From assembly GCA_964016885.1 (NCBI GenBank), contig OZ024745.1, forward strand, positions 75,330,001 through 75,394,000: a stretch of 64,000 bases of DNA, in the 5' to 3' direction. The position numbers and the translations under genes are program-made. The stretch comes from Eledone cirrhosa (lineage: Eukaryota). Positions 27,642 through 43,474 of the stretch are shown piece after piece. The notes under the pieces were generated by a model, which worked only from the letters and a program-made list of their open reading frames with translations, was not told where the DNA came from and ran no database searches. Every line of letters begins with the position of its first letter. Within the stretch, counting starts at the first letter, position 1.

Positions 27642-28455
27642 TATTTATCAACCTCGAACAACTTTGCCAATTCTCCTGTCTCCCTATTATTTTCTTAAAA
27701 CTCATGGCGCTGTTTATTTTACAAGAAACGAATATAGTTTGAAACGTGATTCTACTCTTTTCCTGGGATATAGATTATTTCATGTTTCTCTTTCTCTTTC
27801 AATGTCTCTCTGGGATGTCGAAAGGTTTAAAACTCACCTGTATGGTCAGTGTGAATGCAAGCTTCCAGGTGTCTCGTCTCTTACAGATTAGTTGCCGTTA
27901 AGCCGTTAGTCGACAGCTGATTTTGATAGGAGATTAACTCAATTACTCCCTCTCATCTCCCCCCTCTCCTCTCTCTCTTTCTCCGCCTCCCTATCTATCT
28001 TATTATATCCCATATTTACAGGTCATACGACATAGGCATCGGTTGTTATTGTAGTTGCTGCTGTTGTTGCTTCTCGAATGAATGAAATATTTATATAGGA
28101 TAAGGAAGTACAGTATTAAAGAATGACATCCCAAGTGTTTTGTCTCTAGCTAAGAATGAGTCATACTTTTTTTTACTGTTTAATCATAGAGAGAAGGGCA
28201 GTATACATGACCTTTTTCAGGATCTTCAAGACTGGTGAAGATAGGGACCAGAGTGATTACAAAAGGTTGAATTCCGCTAAAAATAGCAAAGGACCATGTG
28301 GTGGTGTGAAACCAAGCGATGGATTAAGTCTACAATTCAACAAAGCAACTGTAGGCTTTTGTAAATGTGAGTGAGTGTGTATGTATGTGTGTGTGCATGT
28401 ATGTATGTATGTATGTATGTATGTATGTATGTATGTATGTATGTATGTATGTATG

Positions 28456-28857
28456 ACCCCTTAGCCTTTGTCAGGGCAGAATTCTAGGAGAGGGAAAACT
28501 CTGATATAACACCTGCAACCCTGATGGTATCCAATGATGTTGACTTGTTCTTCTTTTTGGTAAATATCATCTTGGTTAAGAGAGTGGGACTGGCTTTGTG
28601 CAGTGCCTTTGCTCACTATAAAAGCTTCACGGCACAGGCATTGCTTTATATCTGGAGATCTCTCTGCACTTGTCCTCACATGGTACCATGGGCCCAGCAC
28701 TATGTGTCAATAATTGTCACAAGTGTAGTGTTTGTACCAGAGTTTTCAAGTCGCTGGCTGGACTAAAAAGTCACACTCGTTCAGCGCATCGGTAGGGGTT
28801 CTCCTACATGGATATAAAGTAGTGGCCGTACACGAAAACGAGTTGGCAGCCACCATG
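28456..28857 (+). mobile_element. Non-autonomous RTE-like retroposon, 5'-truncated, in (TATG)n
   Basis: Highly similar to 5911-6313. Confidence 0.7.
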
Positions 28858-28867
28858 TATGTATATA

Positions 28868-29007
28868 CAGACTTCTGCAGTTTACGGGTACCAAATTACA
28901 CTCAGAAGGCACTAATGACAGACACTTGCCTAAGGTATCACGGAATGAAATGAAACCAAAACCCACGTGGTTGCAAAACGAATTGATCAACTACAAAACT
29001 ATACCTG
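28868..29007 (-). mobile_element. Decayed CORE-type tRNA SINE fragment (another at ~31787-31870)
   Basis: Minus strand accttaggcaagtgtc motif after a tRNA-like head; two similar copies. Confidence 0.45.
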
Positions 29008-30039
29008 TTTATTCTTTGCACTAAAGTAACTTCTAGCTTAGGAGATAACGTGAAATATATTTGAAAAAAAAAAAAAGATCAAGTACGAAATAATTGAAGA
29101 ATGTTAAAATTGAAAACACACAAAACAAGTTAATTAAATCTTAAGTGACTATTTTTATATACTGTTGCGGCAGCAGTAATGGTCATTGAATAAAGTCTAA
29201 GAAACGCGTTTTGTGAAGATTAATGAAAAACGGAACATAATTTAATATAAATACAATTAATGATTATTCGCCGAGAAAATAATTACATATTTTATAGATA
29301 AATATGTTGGATAATGAATAAAGCTAATAATTTCATGACCAAAAATGGTGGAAAGGCAAATAGCAAATATTTTGGTTTGTATGAAATTAGAAAATTTCCT
29401 TTATATTAAGAAAGTATGAAAGATCTTGAGGATTGTTTTACTGTCTAATATATTGAAGTGGTTCATTGGAAAGTAAAATTCAACTACGACATACATATAC
29501 ACAGACATATAAAAGCATGCCCATACACAATGTAATAATACACACTACGCACACATAAACGCGTAAACACATGCACACACGTACACATACAAACACACAC
29601 ATATAGACATATGCACATAAATACGCACATATAAACATATAAATACATAGATACACAGTCATATGCACACTCATACGCATATATAAACACATACACATAA
29701 AAGCATACTCATACACAATACAATACTATACACCATACACACATAAACACGTAAACATGCACACATATACACCTACAAACATAAATAGATAGACATGTGC
29801 ACATACATACACGCATTTAAACATATAAACACATTGGCACAGTTATATGCACACACACATACGCTCATATAAACACATAAACATATGCACACACCCACTC
29901 ACACATACGCATAAATATATACACACACACACATTCGCACATATACAAAATACACACAAAAAACATTCTTAGAAATATTTTCAGGGCCAACGATGTCTTT
30001 AACTATGGAAGGCCAGATTACGTCCATGTTATTATAACC

Positions 30040-30815
30040 ATAGTGAGACGAAAATTCTCCTTCCGACAGCATACCAACTGATCCTCATGTACGAATTACG
30101 TTCAATTAAACTTGAATACTCACAGCAGATTTCAAATGAGATGGGGGTACTACAGAAAAATTCTAGGTATCTTATATACAGACCGTGATACAAATTAAGA
30201 GGTGAGGAAGAAAGTCGCACAAGCGACCACAGGGTTCAGAAGGTTAAAATCCAATCTGGAGAGATGAGCTTTAGAATCGACTCTAAAGTTAGACTAATGC
30301 CTCACTAGTCATCTCCACTTTGCTATACAATTGTGAAACATGAACAAAATAAAAATAAGTTCAATGGGGATGAGGTACTATAGATATATTTTAGACCTCA
30401 TATACAGGCCTTATCACAAATAAAGAGATGTAAAGGCAAGCCATTGGACGACACAAATACTCGCTGATAATTGTCATGAGGAGGAAACGGAAACAGTATG
30501 TTTACGTCTCCAGAAGTTCCAGCCTTACAAACCCCATCCCGGTAAAACACAGTGAGATGTAGGTGAAAATAAGGCAATGGTATGGCCAAGTCTCTAGAAG
30601 TTCCAGCTTTACAAACACCATCCCTGCAAGGCACAGCGAGGGGCAGCTGAACACAAAGAAGACAGAAAAAAGGTGGGAGTATAACATAAAAGAGAGGACA
30701 GGTCTCGGCAGCAATCTCATAGGAGATAACTGAAAACTGACAGAGATGGCGCGGACTGGTTGTAAAATCGACAGTGGATCACAAACGACTTCCCACAGTT
30801 ACGGTATAGGATAAA
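30040..30815 (+). pseudogene. Decayed 3' end of an RTE-clade LINE
   Basis: Frameshifted YRKILGI..TDRDTN.EVRKKV, WYGQVSRSS, ..WEYNIKERTGL, QRWRGLVVKSTV resemble the RTE C-terminus. Confidence 0.6.
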
Positions 30816-32140
30816 ATAGTTTAAAATGTTAATGGAAGTAATAGAATTTTCCTATTTACTTTATCAGACGAACAGAGATTTTAAGTGAATAGATCATTTT
30901 CCAAATAATTATCGAAAAAAGGCATATAAAATTTAAAAGACGAATGGATAAAATATATTGATTCCGCAGTAAATATATTTTTAATGCCTCTTTGAACAAT
31001 TATATCAGTTTACTCTAGATGGTTAGAGTGGATATTCATTACAATATCAATAATGTAAGAGACAATGATGGAAGATCTTGCTTAAGTTCAAACCATTTAA
31101 AACTTAAAAGTAAGATTTTTATTAACAATACAGTCTGACTACTTATCTGCTTCTTACCAATCAAACAGCAAACATCAGACACTTTTAAGTTTTCCATCTA
31201 ATATGATTAGTTTTATTTGAAGTTCTAATAATACATTTATTATCCCTTTCTTACTCTATAAACTTTGAATTAAATATATTCTTACATTTGCATCTCTAAT
31301 ACGTATTATTTCTCATAGTCTTTTACATTAAATAATGTACTAAATAGATTAGATAAATATATCTTCTTACTGTCCAATGTAGTTTTCATTTTTATAGTGT
31401 TTGAGGAGAACGTCAGCTTTTATAAGACATTTCCGTGGAAAGAAGATAGAAAGAGTAGTGGTTCTTAAACATTTTGAAACGTCAGAAATGACTGATTCTT
31501 AGATATGTATATTTTTAAAAGAAATATTTCTTGGACAGAAGGGAGTGATCAGGGCCCCCACAAAAAATGTAAAAACAGCAAACATATGTAAAATTATCTG
31601 TTTAAATAAAATTCCAAACAAGTGAGTCAATTGTGTGGATACATCAATGGAAAGGTTTATTAAATGTAGTCTTTGTAGACAGGCTACACCGGAAGATCAT
31701 CTATTGCAGATCATCTATGATGCAGTGTTTGTTAACCTCACACATAGCTTTTTATGTATGTTTGTATGTATGTATGTATGTATACGACAGACTCCTGCAG
31801 TTTCGGGGTACCGAAGTTCACTCAGAAGGCACTAATAACAGACACTTGCCCAAGGTGTCATGCAATGAAATGTTAGAATATGATGTGGTATTCCAAATAT
31901 GGAAATACTGTTTAACGGGGAAGTAGAAATGTCTAGGATAGTTCAATATTAAGAAGCAATAGAAGGTCAATAATGTAGAAGATATGTAATAAAGACTAAC
32001 AAAATGTTTAATTATTACTTATTATTGCTATATATAATATAATTGAAGGAAATCTAACAAGAGATACTCCTAAAGTTCTTATCCTTAAACCTTTATAATG
32101 CATGTGAAGAATTTAATAATGATATTTATTTAATTGATAT

Positions 32141-32329
32141 TTATACACATAATTGTACGTATTGTATATTGAATGATATACGGGATATTTATGGAAAAAA
32201 CATTTGAAAGCCTTTTGCTATGAATTTTTAAGGTTGTAATCAACGTCATAACCTTAGAAATTGATAGCAAAAGGCTTTCATATGTTTTATATATTATTCA
32301 ATATACAATACGTACAATTATGTGTATAA
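32141..32329. repeat. Imperfect AT-rich palindrome
   Basis: ttatacacataattgtacgtattgtatattgaat / attcaatatacaatacgtacaattatgtgtataa arms plus inner arms. Confidence 0.75.
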
Positions 32330-33570
32330 CGCTATGTTGGAATACCAATACAAATCTAATATATATATATTTTATGTAAGACGTAGAAGATATCTCAATA
32401 TGTATAGATGATTTTTACTGTTTTATATAATGGAATTGAGTGTGAATAAGGATGTTCCATTCTTACACATCTAATTTATAAACAACAACTTCGGACCTTC
32501 TGGAAGCCACTGTATAGCTTGTGATACAATAAACTCTACCCGGATAATTTATCTCTAAAGTGCAGGCCTGAGTGGGGTAAGTTTATTTTTATGGAAGACC
32601 AGCAATTGCTCACGCATTTAAGTCTCTCCTCCCCTCATCACTGATGTTTAAAAGAAAAGTAATGTCTGGTTCAGTTTGGCATCGGTGTCATTCCAGATGT
32701 TGCTGCTACAAATATAGTGACATTGTTTGCTTGATTCTCTCTTACAATTCCACCAATCTTCTGCCCTGGCGGATGCTTTATTTATCCACCCACCAAAAAA
32801 ATGAAAGTCAAAGTTGTTCTCAGCAGGGTTTGAATTCTAAATCGCAAGACATTTTATTAGACGTTCTAACGACTTTGGCAACTCGTTGTCTAATGGTATA
32901 TTTCAATAGTTCAAAGTTATTAGAAATGTCGGACATGCTCGAAATAAAAGATTATGACCTTTTAGTCACAAAATGACCTTTTAGTCACAAAAGTAAAGAT
33001 AATTCTCTGAACTAGAACTCATTGTATAATTTAGCCAAAGCAGGTAACTATTTGGAATGGAGTTGTTTAGAGCTATTCAAAATAAATTCTACTTGATTCT
33101 ATTTTTATATAGGGTCATTATCATTTATTTTGTTAACCTGCAATCCATAGGAATAGAACACATAAATGTGACGAAGGTCAAAACTAAATTTGTCTACGTA
33201 TTTGAATGCCTTTAAAAGCAGACGTTAAATCTGGCGATGTTCAATGAATCAGTTTCAGCAGATGTGATACCTTTGCATTATATTTACGTCCCCCTTTGGA
33301 TCAATGATAGTCTCAATAGTGTAAAGCAGCTGAAATATAAATATCTCGGAACGTTTTCTGAAATAGAATCACACAATTATTGATCCGAAGTACAGTGTTT
33401 AATGAAAATATGCAATGTTTACACAAAATAATAAGCAATTACATCCATACATAAATGCATGCGTACGTATTTACAAATACAAATACAAACATATATGTAT
33501 ACACATATACATATATAATACGTATTTACATACGTATTTACATGCAAATACTTACATACATACATACACA

Positions 33571-34136
33571 CATGGTGGCTGCCAACTCGTTTTCGAGTAC
33601 GGCCACTACTTTATATCCATGTAGGAGAACCCCTACCGATGCGCTGAACAAGTGTGACTTTTTAGTCCAGCCAGCGACTTGAAAACTCTGGTACAAACAC
33701 TACACTTGTGACAATTATTGACGCATAGTGCTGGGCCCATGGTACCATGTGATGACAAGTGCAGAGAGATCTCCAGATATAAAGCAATGCCTGTGCCGTG
33801 AAGCTTTTATAGTGAGCAAAGGCACTGCACAAAGCCAGTCCCACTCTCTTAACCAAGATGATATTTACCAAAAAGAAGAACAAATCAACATCATTGGATA
33901 CCATCAGAGTTGCAGGTGTTTTCCTTCTCCTAGAGTTTTCCTTCTCCTAGAATTCTGCCTTGACAAAGGCTAAGGGGTCATCTCTCCCGGTGATTTTGGA
34001 TGGCCATTGACTCTTAAGAGCTCCTTTGCCCTTTGACAGGTTTTGTTTTTAGTCCTGCAGGATGTCCAAAGTCACCCTCCTCACCAAGAAACCTTGGTGG
34101 GGTTGCCAACGACGCGACCATGGGACAGGTTGTAAC
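33571..34136 (-). mobile_element. Non-autonomous RTE-like retroposon, longest copy, in (CATA)n
   Basis: Reverse complement of 5846-6313 plus ~90 bp of extra 5' sequence containing the hairpin caccaag-gttt-cttggtg. Confidence 0.7.
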
Positions 34137-36265
34137 ATACATACATACATACATATATCCATACAAACATACATACATACATACAAACATACATATATAC
34201 ATACATATTTACGTATTTACATGCAAATACGTAAAAAGTAACATGGTTAGACATTATGTATAAAAATCGCAAGAAAAAGATCAGTTATGCTACATAGTGT
34301 TTTGTAGACATCATTTCATTTCGTTTAAAACAAACGAACAAATAAACATGACAAACATGTATTATCTGATAATAGAATTGAAACCGTATCGGATATCGCC
34401 GGAGTATAATGACCTCTGATCCAAACTTAAATTAACGTTTTAGGGAAGAAATGTCCAGTACACCAACAATTATGAAAATACATTTATTTTACTAACATTT
34501 TCTGGATAAAGGACCGCCATACCGTTCCACAAAGAGAAAGTTATAACTTCACCATTCAATATAAGTTGACACCCACTAAATACTCACTAATACGTAATCT
34601 AGGAAACTATTGCGTTACACGTCATTGGTTCAAGTTAAACCCACTACCCTTGGACTGGTATTTTATTTATCGATGCTGAAAAGATGAAAGGCAAAGTTGA
34701 GCTAAATGAGATTTGAGCTCAGAGAGCAGAATTTAAACTTAGAGTCGGAATAAATACCAAGGCGTTTAATCCGACGTTCTTACGATTCTGCAAATTCGCC
34801 GCATCAAAAACGGGAAATATTTTAATAAATGATGGCATAACACACTGAATGTTAGGAATAATTAATAAGGAATTAATCGGTGTAATCTTCAAGTCAGTCA
34901 AGCTGATTTACTTAAACTGAAACTTAAACGAAGAACGTCCTTATTCTGTGAGATGACGACAGCCCTACAGTTAAACATGATATTATCTCATCTGGTTATA
35001 ATAATAGATTTGTAACACTACATACAGAATCTCATATCTTTGTCATCCAAGAACAGGAGATAGCTACAAATTATTTGATGAATCAAAGACGAGTCAAAGT
35101 TTTTTTAAATCATCGTAAACAAATATCCCCTACAAAAACATATAATCACGCCATGTGATGTAGTGTCCCTTAGTTTGTCATCACTTGCGATAGCCGGAAT
35201 CAATTAAGGATTAAGCAAGCAGCCCTTTGTGCATTTGAGATTACAATATTGATACGAATCTATTCTTGTTGACCCAATAGTTTCAAGTGTCAACAAGCGC
35301 ACTCTTTGACCTGTTGTGAAGTAATTTATTTTGTCCCTCAAATTCACCTACAAAACGAATACTTTAGAAGTTGTCTTGTTCTGTGTTATAAGCATATAAC
35401 TTTAATCTATTTCTTGCTAACATTACTAGAAAATTAGGTAAAAGTGAGTAAAACATTTGACAGAAAAACTAAAAGAATTACTTGATAGCTTCAAAAGACG
35501 AATTTAATATTATCAATAAAATTGTTCAGTTCAAGAATTGAGAAGAATATTTATATAAGAATTTATTGTCAAAAAGCAACGTTCAACTATATCTTTTGCT
35601 CTTTTTTGTTGTCACTATAATTTTAAAAAAAACATTTCTCTAAAATTAAACTTGAAAAATATTTTTTTACAAAAAGAGGTGAAACGAAAAATATGACACT
35701 TGCTATGGAGTGATAAGATGATGAGAAGGAATTTGTTTTGTTGCTAAATCAAAGAAAAATACATTTATTTTCCAGTCGACTTTAATTTTTCATTCTCGAA
35801 CTGAATAAACCACGTATATAGAAAATATATAAAATTTGTGAGTATCAAAAATTTTAATATCTTTATTGATGTCGTATAACGACGTCGTCAGAAAATATTC
35901 TGGCAGGGAAACTTGAAATGATGAAGTGTCTTATAATAAAATACACGCCTGAATTGAAAACTAAGGGAATTATTAAATCAATAAAAGAATAATGGAATAA
36001 TGTATTTTCATAATCAATAAGGTATTAAAACAAATATTTAAAAGTAGCAAATAATTTTAAGAACATAATTTAAACCTTTGAAAAAGGGCACTTCAATCAT
36101 CTTATCGAATGATTCAAGTACAATGAGATTCTTAGTGTATGTATGTATATATATATATATATAAATATATATATACACACACTCGTCAGAATGGATGTGC
36201 ATATGCATAATCTAAGCCACATGCAGAGTTGGAAACCGGCGGTAACAACCCGTATGTGTTGAAGT

Positions 36266-36312
<47 letters not shown>

Positions 36313-36340
36313 ATGTGTGTATGTGTGTGTGTTGTGTCTA

Positions 36341-36374
<34 letters not shown>

Positions 36375-36464
36375 TGTCTGTATGTATGTATGTATATGTG
36401 TGTATGTGTATGCGTGTGTGTATATGTGTATGTAGGTGTGTGTATGTATATATATATATACACT

Positions 36465-36506
<42 letters not shown>

Positions 36507-36509
36507 CAA

Positions 36510-36605
36510 ATAATTGTTTCTACTTTTGGCACAAGGCCAGCAATTCACCAGTGCATTACTGGTACTTTATTTTATCGACCCTGTAAGGATGAAAGGCAAA
36601 GTTAA
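36510..36605 (-). mobile_element. SINE family A, 5'-truncated
   Basis: 3' half of the consensus only. Confidence 0.8.
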
Positions 36606-37009
36606 AAGAACATTTGCACATGCCAGACTCTAATAAAGGAATATAATAAAGGGACGCAACTAAATGCTGCAAGATCTTTAAAGCGGCACACCTACTTCTC
36701 CTCCTCCCTCGTCCTCCTCAACATTTTCATCATCACAATCATCATAATTATTATCATCATCATCTACGGCATCAACGCACAGTATATGTATTAGAATCCC
36801 TTGTCCGATTCTAAAAAACAGAATAGCTCACAATATCTATTAATTAATTAAGAAGACTCATTTCAAGTCATAACACCAATAGCAAGTTAATAATTGAGCC
36901 TTTCCACGGTCACCCAACTTGCTAGAAGTAGTAGCATCATCTCTCTCAAATCACACAAAAAAGGCACATTACATAATATAGCATTATATATCATATAATA
37001 TGCATATGC

Positions 37010-37112
<103 letters not shown>

Positions 37113-37275
37113 AAGAAATTAAAAGATGGTTAGAAAAGTTTCATGTATTTTATTATTATGCGCATTTCAAAAACAAATATCACCCAGGGACGATATTTGC
37201 GTTCTCATCAGATAAAATAGGGAGACATGATATGAAGCTTAAAAAAGATACTTGTGAGCAAGGTAGTGTCTAAAC

Positions 37276-37354
<79 letters not shown>

Positions 37355-37356
<2 letters not shown>

Positions 37357-37454
37357 CAAGAAAGAAGATTGACATGGTTTGCTATACAATAAGGGCTTTA
37401 ATGGTGAATAAAGCCCTTATTGTATAGCAAACCATGTCACTCTTCTTTCTTGAT
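37355..37454. repeat. Palindrome (46-bp arms, 8-nt loop) at the start of a TA-flanked island; neighbouring island 37693-37790 recurs at 62034-62127
   Basis: Direct reading. Confidence 0.8.
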
Positions 37455-37630
37455 TTATTATTACTCCAAGTGTAAACTACATAGAAATCACCGCGTACTC
37501 GCAGCATCACTATGGAAACGTCTTGTTGAGTCAAACTTAGCCACACGTTAATACTATCCACTACTCGGAGTACCCTAACTGGACTACATCTAAGTGGACT
37601 ACCTATAACAATAAAATAATTTGTTATCCC

Positions 37631-37697
<67 letters not shown>

Positions 37698-37885
37698 ATA
37701 AAGTATGTCCATAGAATCATTTGATAAGATATATACACCATCTCCTCTCCCAATCAGCATAATCAACCACACAAAAAAACAATTAAACCAGGCTATAAGA
37801 TTAAAAGGCACCTATGAAGAAATAATAGATAAATAATCGACAGCCATCTATTCGCGATCAACAGCTCAAGAATATTTACCCCCGC

Positions 37886-37918
<33 letters not shown>

Positions 37919-37919
37919 G

Positions 37920-37989
<70 letters not shown>

Positions 37990-38074
37990 TATATATATAT
38001 ATATATATATAGTGAAAACTTGGACGGGAACAAAAACAGAGAGGCAGTACAAATAAAAGTTTATTAGGTTCACG

Positions 38075-38195
<121 letters not shown>

Positions 38196-38598
38196 CATGG
38201 AGTGGTCAGGCCGGGAATGCCTTTGATCATTGGTTTGTTCCTGCCCAGTAAGAGCTGACCCGGGGTTAAACAATAACAACAAAAATCAAGCAGAAATATC
38301 AGGATTCAGATCCATACAACAGATTATTTGATGTAGCTGCTTGTTCTATTGACAAATGCGGAAGAAAGTCTGAAGTCTTTCATATTAACTGAACTGTAAA
38401 ACAAGTTTGATTTCAGGAGCTTAACCTGTTCATGAGCTTAACCAATCTTCTTGGTTTCAGCATCTCAACCAATTTTCTTCCATACAACAGTTATATCCAC
38501 TCTATTCATCACATGATAAAGTCTGTCAAAGTCTGCATGTAAAATTCTCTGACGAAAGATGTCCGCATTTTGATCAGTAATATACGTAAATGTATGTC

Positions 38599-38647
<49 letters not shown>

Positions 38648-38648
38648 G

Positions 38649-38811
<163 letters not shown>

Positions 38812-38825
38812 ATATATATACACAC

Positions 38826-38918
<93 letters not shown>

Positions 38919-38930
38919 ATATATACACAC

Positions 38931-38987
<57 letters not shown>

Positions 38988-39281
38988 AACACACACATAT
39001 ATATATATATACGTACATATATATATATAAAGACTTTCTTTGTCAACCATTACTCATTGTATATCCAGGAACTAATAGAGAAGATAATAAATATTTATAG
39101 ATATTTTGGCTAAGTTTTTATTAAAAAGAAAAAGAGAAAAAATTGAAAAAATATCTGTTCTTTCATCTTAGTAAATGGCTGCTAGGTAACTTAAAATATC
39201 TCAAGTCGGCTGCTTTGATAAGTAGAAGTCACGTTTACATGCATAAACACACACATAGACACAGACATAGAGAAAACTATA

Positions 39282-39355
<74 letters not shown>

Positions 39356-39367
39356 CATATATATACA

Positions 39368-39427
<60 letters not shown>

Positions 39428-39804
39428 CATATACATATATATATATATACATATATATATATATGTATGTATATATATATATATATATATATGTATATGT
39501 GTGTGTGTGTGTATGTTTGAGGGTATTTATATTGTGGTATTTCTAGTTTATAGTTTTAAATCCAATCGTAGTAGTCGAATAGGAAGAAAGAGCTATAAAT
39601 ATTAACTATTTTCTCAAACAGCTTCTTGAATATGCATATGTATTTGTATATGTATATGCATATGTATATGTGTATGTATATGTATATGCATATGTATATG
39701 TGTATGTATATGTATATAGCGTTGAAAACATAAAGCATAAAAGATAGGTGTCTTTGAAAGTTTTTTTAAAGCTGACGCACACACACAAACACACATACAT
39801 GTAT

Positions 39805-39846
<42 letters not shown>

Positions 39847-40008
39847 GCGCGCACACACACACATACACACACACACACACACACACAAATAGTGATTGCA
39901 AGTCATAATCGGTAGAGAAGATTGTGATATTTGGTTACGATTCTTTGAGTTTCGTTCTCAAATAACACACTAGAATATTTTGCACACGTACACATATTTG
40001 AACATATG

Positions 40009-40160
<152 letters not shown>

Positions 40161-40793
40161 TATTTATTACTACCAGTTAAGTTATCATTGGCGTGTGTCC
40201 TTCATGAAAATCAGAATGAAACACGTTTGAGTAATAATGGACGGAGAGAGAGAATTAGTTACTTACAACTGATTGCAATGATTACATATAGAAAAATGTT
40301 CACATATTATAAATGATGAAAATATTCAGTGTAAGCTAAGAAATATGTTCACAGAATTCCGATAAATATTACTTGGGGAATGTGATGATGTCTTATGTGA
40401 GTGATATAATCGACTATGGAAGCTTATTCCAGATAAAACATAGTTTTACTAGACTTATCTAAACATCAGTAATAGCAGAAAGGTTCGTGTTATGAAAGTA
40501 ATTACCAGTTGCCAAGATAATAATTACCATTTATCAAGATAGTAATATGTCTGTCTGTCTGACTGTCTGTCTGTCTGTCTGACTGTATGTATGTATGTAT
40601 GTATGTATGTATGTATGTATGTATGTATGTATGTATGTATGTATGTATGTATGTATGTATGTATGTATGTATGTATGCATGTATGTATGTATGTATGTAT
40701 GTATGTATGTATGTATGTATGTATGTGTGTGTGTATGTATGTATGTATGTGTGTATGTATGTATGTATGTATGTATGTATGTATGTATGTATG

Positions 40794-40907
40794 TTATCTC
40801 TTTCTCTTAATTTCGAGTATATTTTTTTTGACCGGCCACCTTCCTGGTGGCAAGGTTGTAAAAGAAAAGAAATTGTCATCCCTTGAATCGCAAGAATGTT
40901 TTGCAAA
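40794..40907 (-). mobile_element. R4/Dong-like 3' tip (114 bp) in (CATA)n
   Basis: Same 3' terminus as the 5275 and 41122 copies. Confidence 0.8.
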
Positions 40908-41121
40908 TGTATGTATGTATGTATGTATGTATGTATGTATGTATGTATGTATGTATGTATGTATGTATGTATGTATGTATGTATGTATGTATGTCTGTCT
41001 GTATGTATGTATGTATGTATGTATGTATGTATGTATGTATGTATGCATGCATGCATGTATGTATGTATGTATGTATGTATGTATGTATGTATGTATGTAT
41101 GTATGTATGCATGTATGTATG

Positions 41122-41637
41122 TTTTCTCTTTCTCTTAATTTCGAGTATATTTTTTTTTGACCGGCCACCTTCCTGGTGGCAAGGTTGTAAAAGAAAAGAA
41201 ATTGTCATCCCTTGAATCGCAAGAATGTTTTGCATATTTTGAAGGTGCCAGCTATCGCAGCCATTTGTAGACTATGAATTAGGGAGCTGCGCTTTTTGTC
41301 CGCAAATCCAAGTTCGGTCATACTTTGGTCCAAGCGGGTTGGTATATAACCCGTAGCACCAATAATGATGGGTATGAAGCTAAAGGTGTATCTTGGATAC
41401 TGGATTTGTAAGCTCCTCATCAATGGTCCGTAGATGTCCTCCTTCTCCTGTATTTTTCTGACAACGTTTACATCAAGTGGGCAGCTGATCTCCACAACAG
41501 AACACGTTTTCAATGTGTGGTCCCAAACTACAATATCAGGCCGGTTGTGCTTTAATTTGGTGGCAGTTTTTATTTTCAGGTTCCACCAGTATTCCTTAGT
41601 GCCATCTGTCTCAATATATTCTTCCTCGTTTGTTGTT
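41122..41637 (-). mobile_element. 5'-truncated R4/Dong-like element in (CATA)n
   Basis: ORF ...VEISCPLDVNVVRKIQEKEDIYGPL...IPIIIGATG...ICKTFLRFKG*; TATG flanks. Confidence 0.8.
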
Positions 41638-41891
41638 GTATGTATGTATGTATGTATGTATGTATGTATGTATGTATGTATGTATGTATGTATGTATGTA
41701 TGTATGTATGTGTGTATTGTATCTATGAATGTATTTATGTATGTATATATGTGTATGTATGTGTATGTATGTATATGTGCATATAGTTAAGCACATATAA
41801 ATATATTTATATGCATATATATATATATATATATATATATTTTCTATATGTCGATGTACATACATATGCATATGCACATGTACATGTATGT

Positions 41892-41930
<39 letters not shown>

Positions 41931-41953
41931 GATGTACATATGCATATGTAATG

Positions 41954-42048
<95 letters not shown>

Positions 42049-42485
42049 GTATATATGTATACCTTACTAAGCGCAAATAGAAGAAAGCTTGGAATAGTTA
42101 TTATAAGAATTCAATCTTTATCAAGCTAAAATAAAGATTAGAAATATTGCAGAGTTTAGTTCAATTTTAATGTACTTTTCGACATTTTGTCCACAAAGAC
42201 GTAGATAGAGCACCAGGAGAATCATGATTTAGATTCAGTATAAATTATATGAGTTATCACATTTCAGATCTTAACCTTTGTAATCATGATTCGTAGTGTG
42301 TGTGCGTGTGGGTGTGCATGTGTGTATATTTGTGTTTATGGTCGTCTGTGTATGTGTATATTTGGTGTGTGTGTTTGTGTGTTAGTGTTTGTGTGTGTGT
42401 GTGTGTGTGCTTGTGTGTTTGTATATTTGTGTGTTTATGGTCGTCTGTGTATGTGTATATTTGTGTGTGTGTGTTTGTGTGTTAG

Positions 42486-42535
<50 letters not shown>

Positions 42536-43219
42536 TGTGTATTTGTATGTTTGTGTTTGAGTTTGTTTGTGTTTGTGCGTGTGTGTGTGTGCGTGCGTGT
42601 GCTTTGCTGATTAAGTACAGGTCGGCCCTGTCCAAGCTGACTTCCGATAAAATCTGTGATTATCCTGTTTTATTATAGAACTAGGAATACTTTGTCTAAT
42701 GTGACCTTCTATTTTCAAAGAATCTGAGTGTAATTTTAGGGCGGTATCTGTCAAACTCTCGCCCACAAACACTGACAGATGTTTTAAAGGGTTTACACGA
42801 ATATGTGAACAGTTCGATGTGATGCCATTCTGGATTTGTAGTCGAAGGATCGGCTGTTGGAATTCCATTGTTGACGCTGCATACCAACTATGGGTAACAT
42901 ATAAACTTCCCGCATTAACTTTCATGGCATTATTTTCTACGTTATCGCTCGAACAGATGGAAATATTAGCGAAATCTTCCTCAAAGTATACAATAGTGTC
43001 ATAAAAAGAGTGACATTGAAGAGGCCTGGAAAACACTAATGTCTAATAGTTATAAAGAGGGCTTAGACCGTATTTGGACAGCTAGAGTAAGATGCACCTA
43101 GTTCTTACTATGTCATCATTACATGTGTTGCATTGTATAGATATTATTAGACATGTGTTGCTAAATAAATATAGATCCACTGGACATGACTAAGTATCTA
43201 GTATTATTTGTTCTCTAAC

Positions 43220-43474
43220 GTACCAGTAATGCACTGGGTAATTTCTGGCCTTGTGCCTAAAGTAGAAACAATTATTTGTTCTCTAACAAAGGCGGTGGAT
43301 TGGCAGTATCAGTAGAGGGTCGGACGCCATGCTTTCCAGCATAGTTACGTCCCTTTACGATCTGAGTTCAAATCCCGCCGAGGTTGACTTTGCCTTTCAT
43401 CCTTACGGGGTCGATAAAATAAAGTACCAGTAATGCACTGGGTAATTGCTGGCCTTGTGCCTAAAGTAGGAACA
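43220..43474 (+). mobile_element. Two tandem family A SINEs (truncated 43220-43270; full 43291-43474) with triplicated TSD
   Basis: attatttgttctctaac at 43203, 43271 and 43475. Confidence 0.9.

Noticed and set aside
27832-27960. Possible minus-strand exon ending at CAG|GTGAGT (27838)
   Set aside because: Only a donor motif; no acceptor, frame or expression support.
33940-34136. HDV-like ribozyme at the end of the RTE-like element
   Set aside because: Could not assemble P1/P1.1/P2/P3 by eye on either strand; a covariance search is needed.
42611-43036. 141-aa non-repetitive ORF on the minus strand
   Set aside because: No recognisable domain or splice context; may be the antisense of a decayed transposase.
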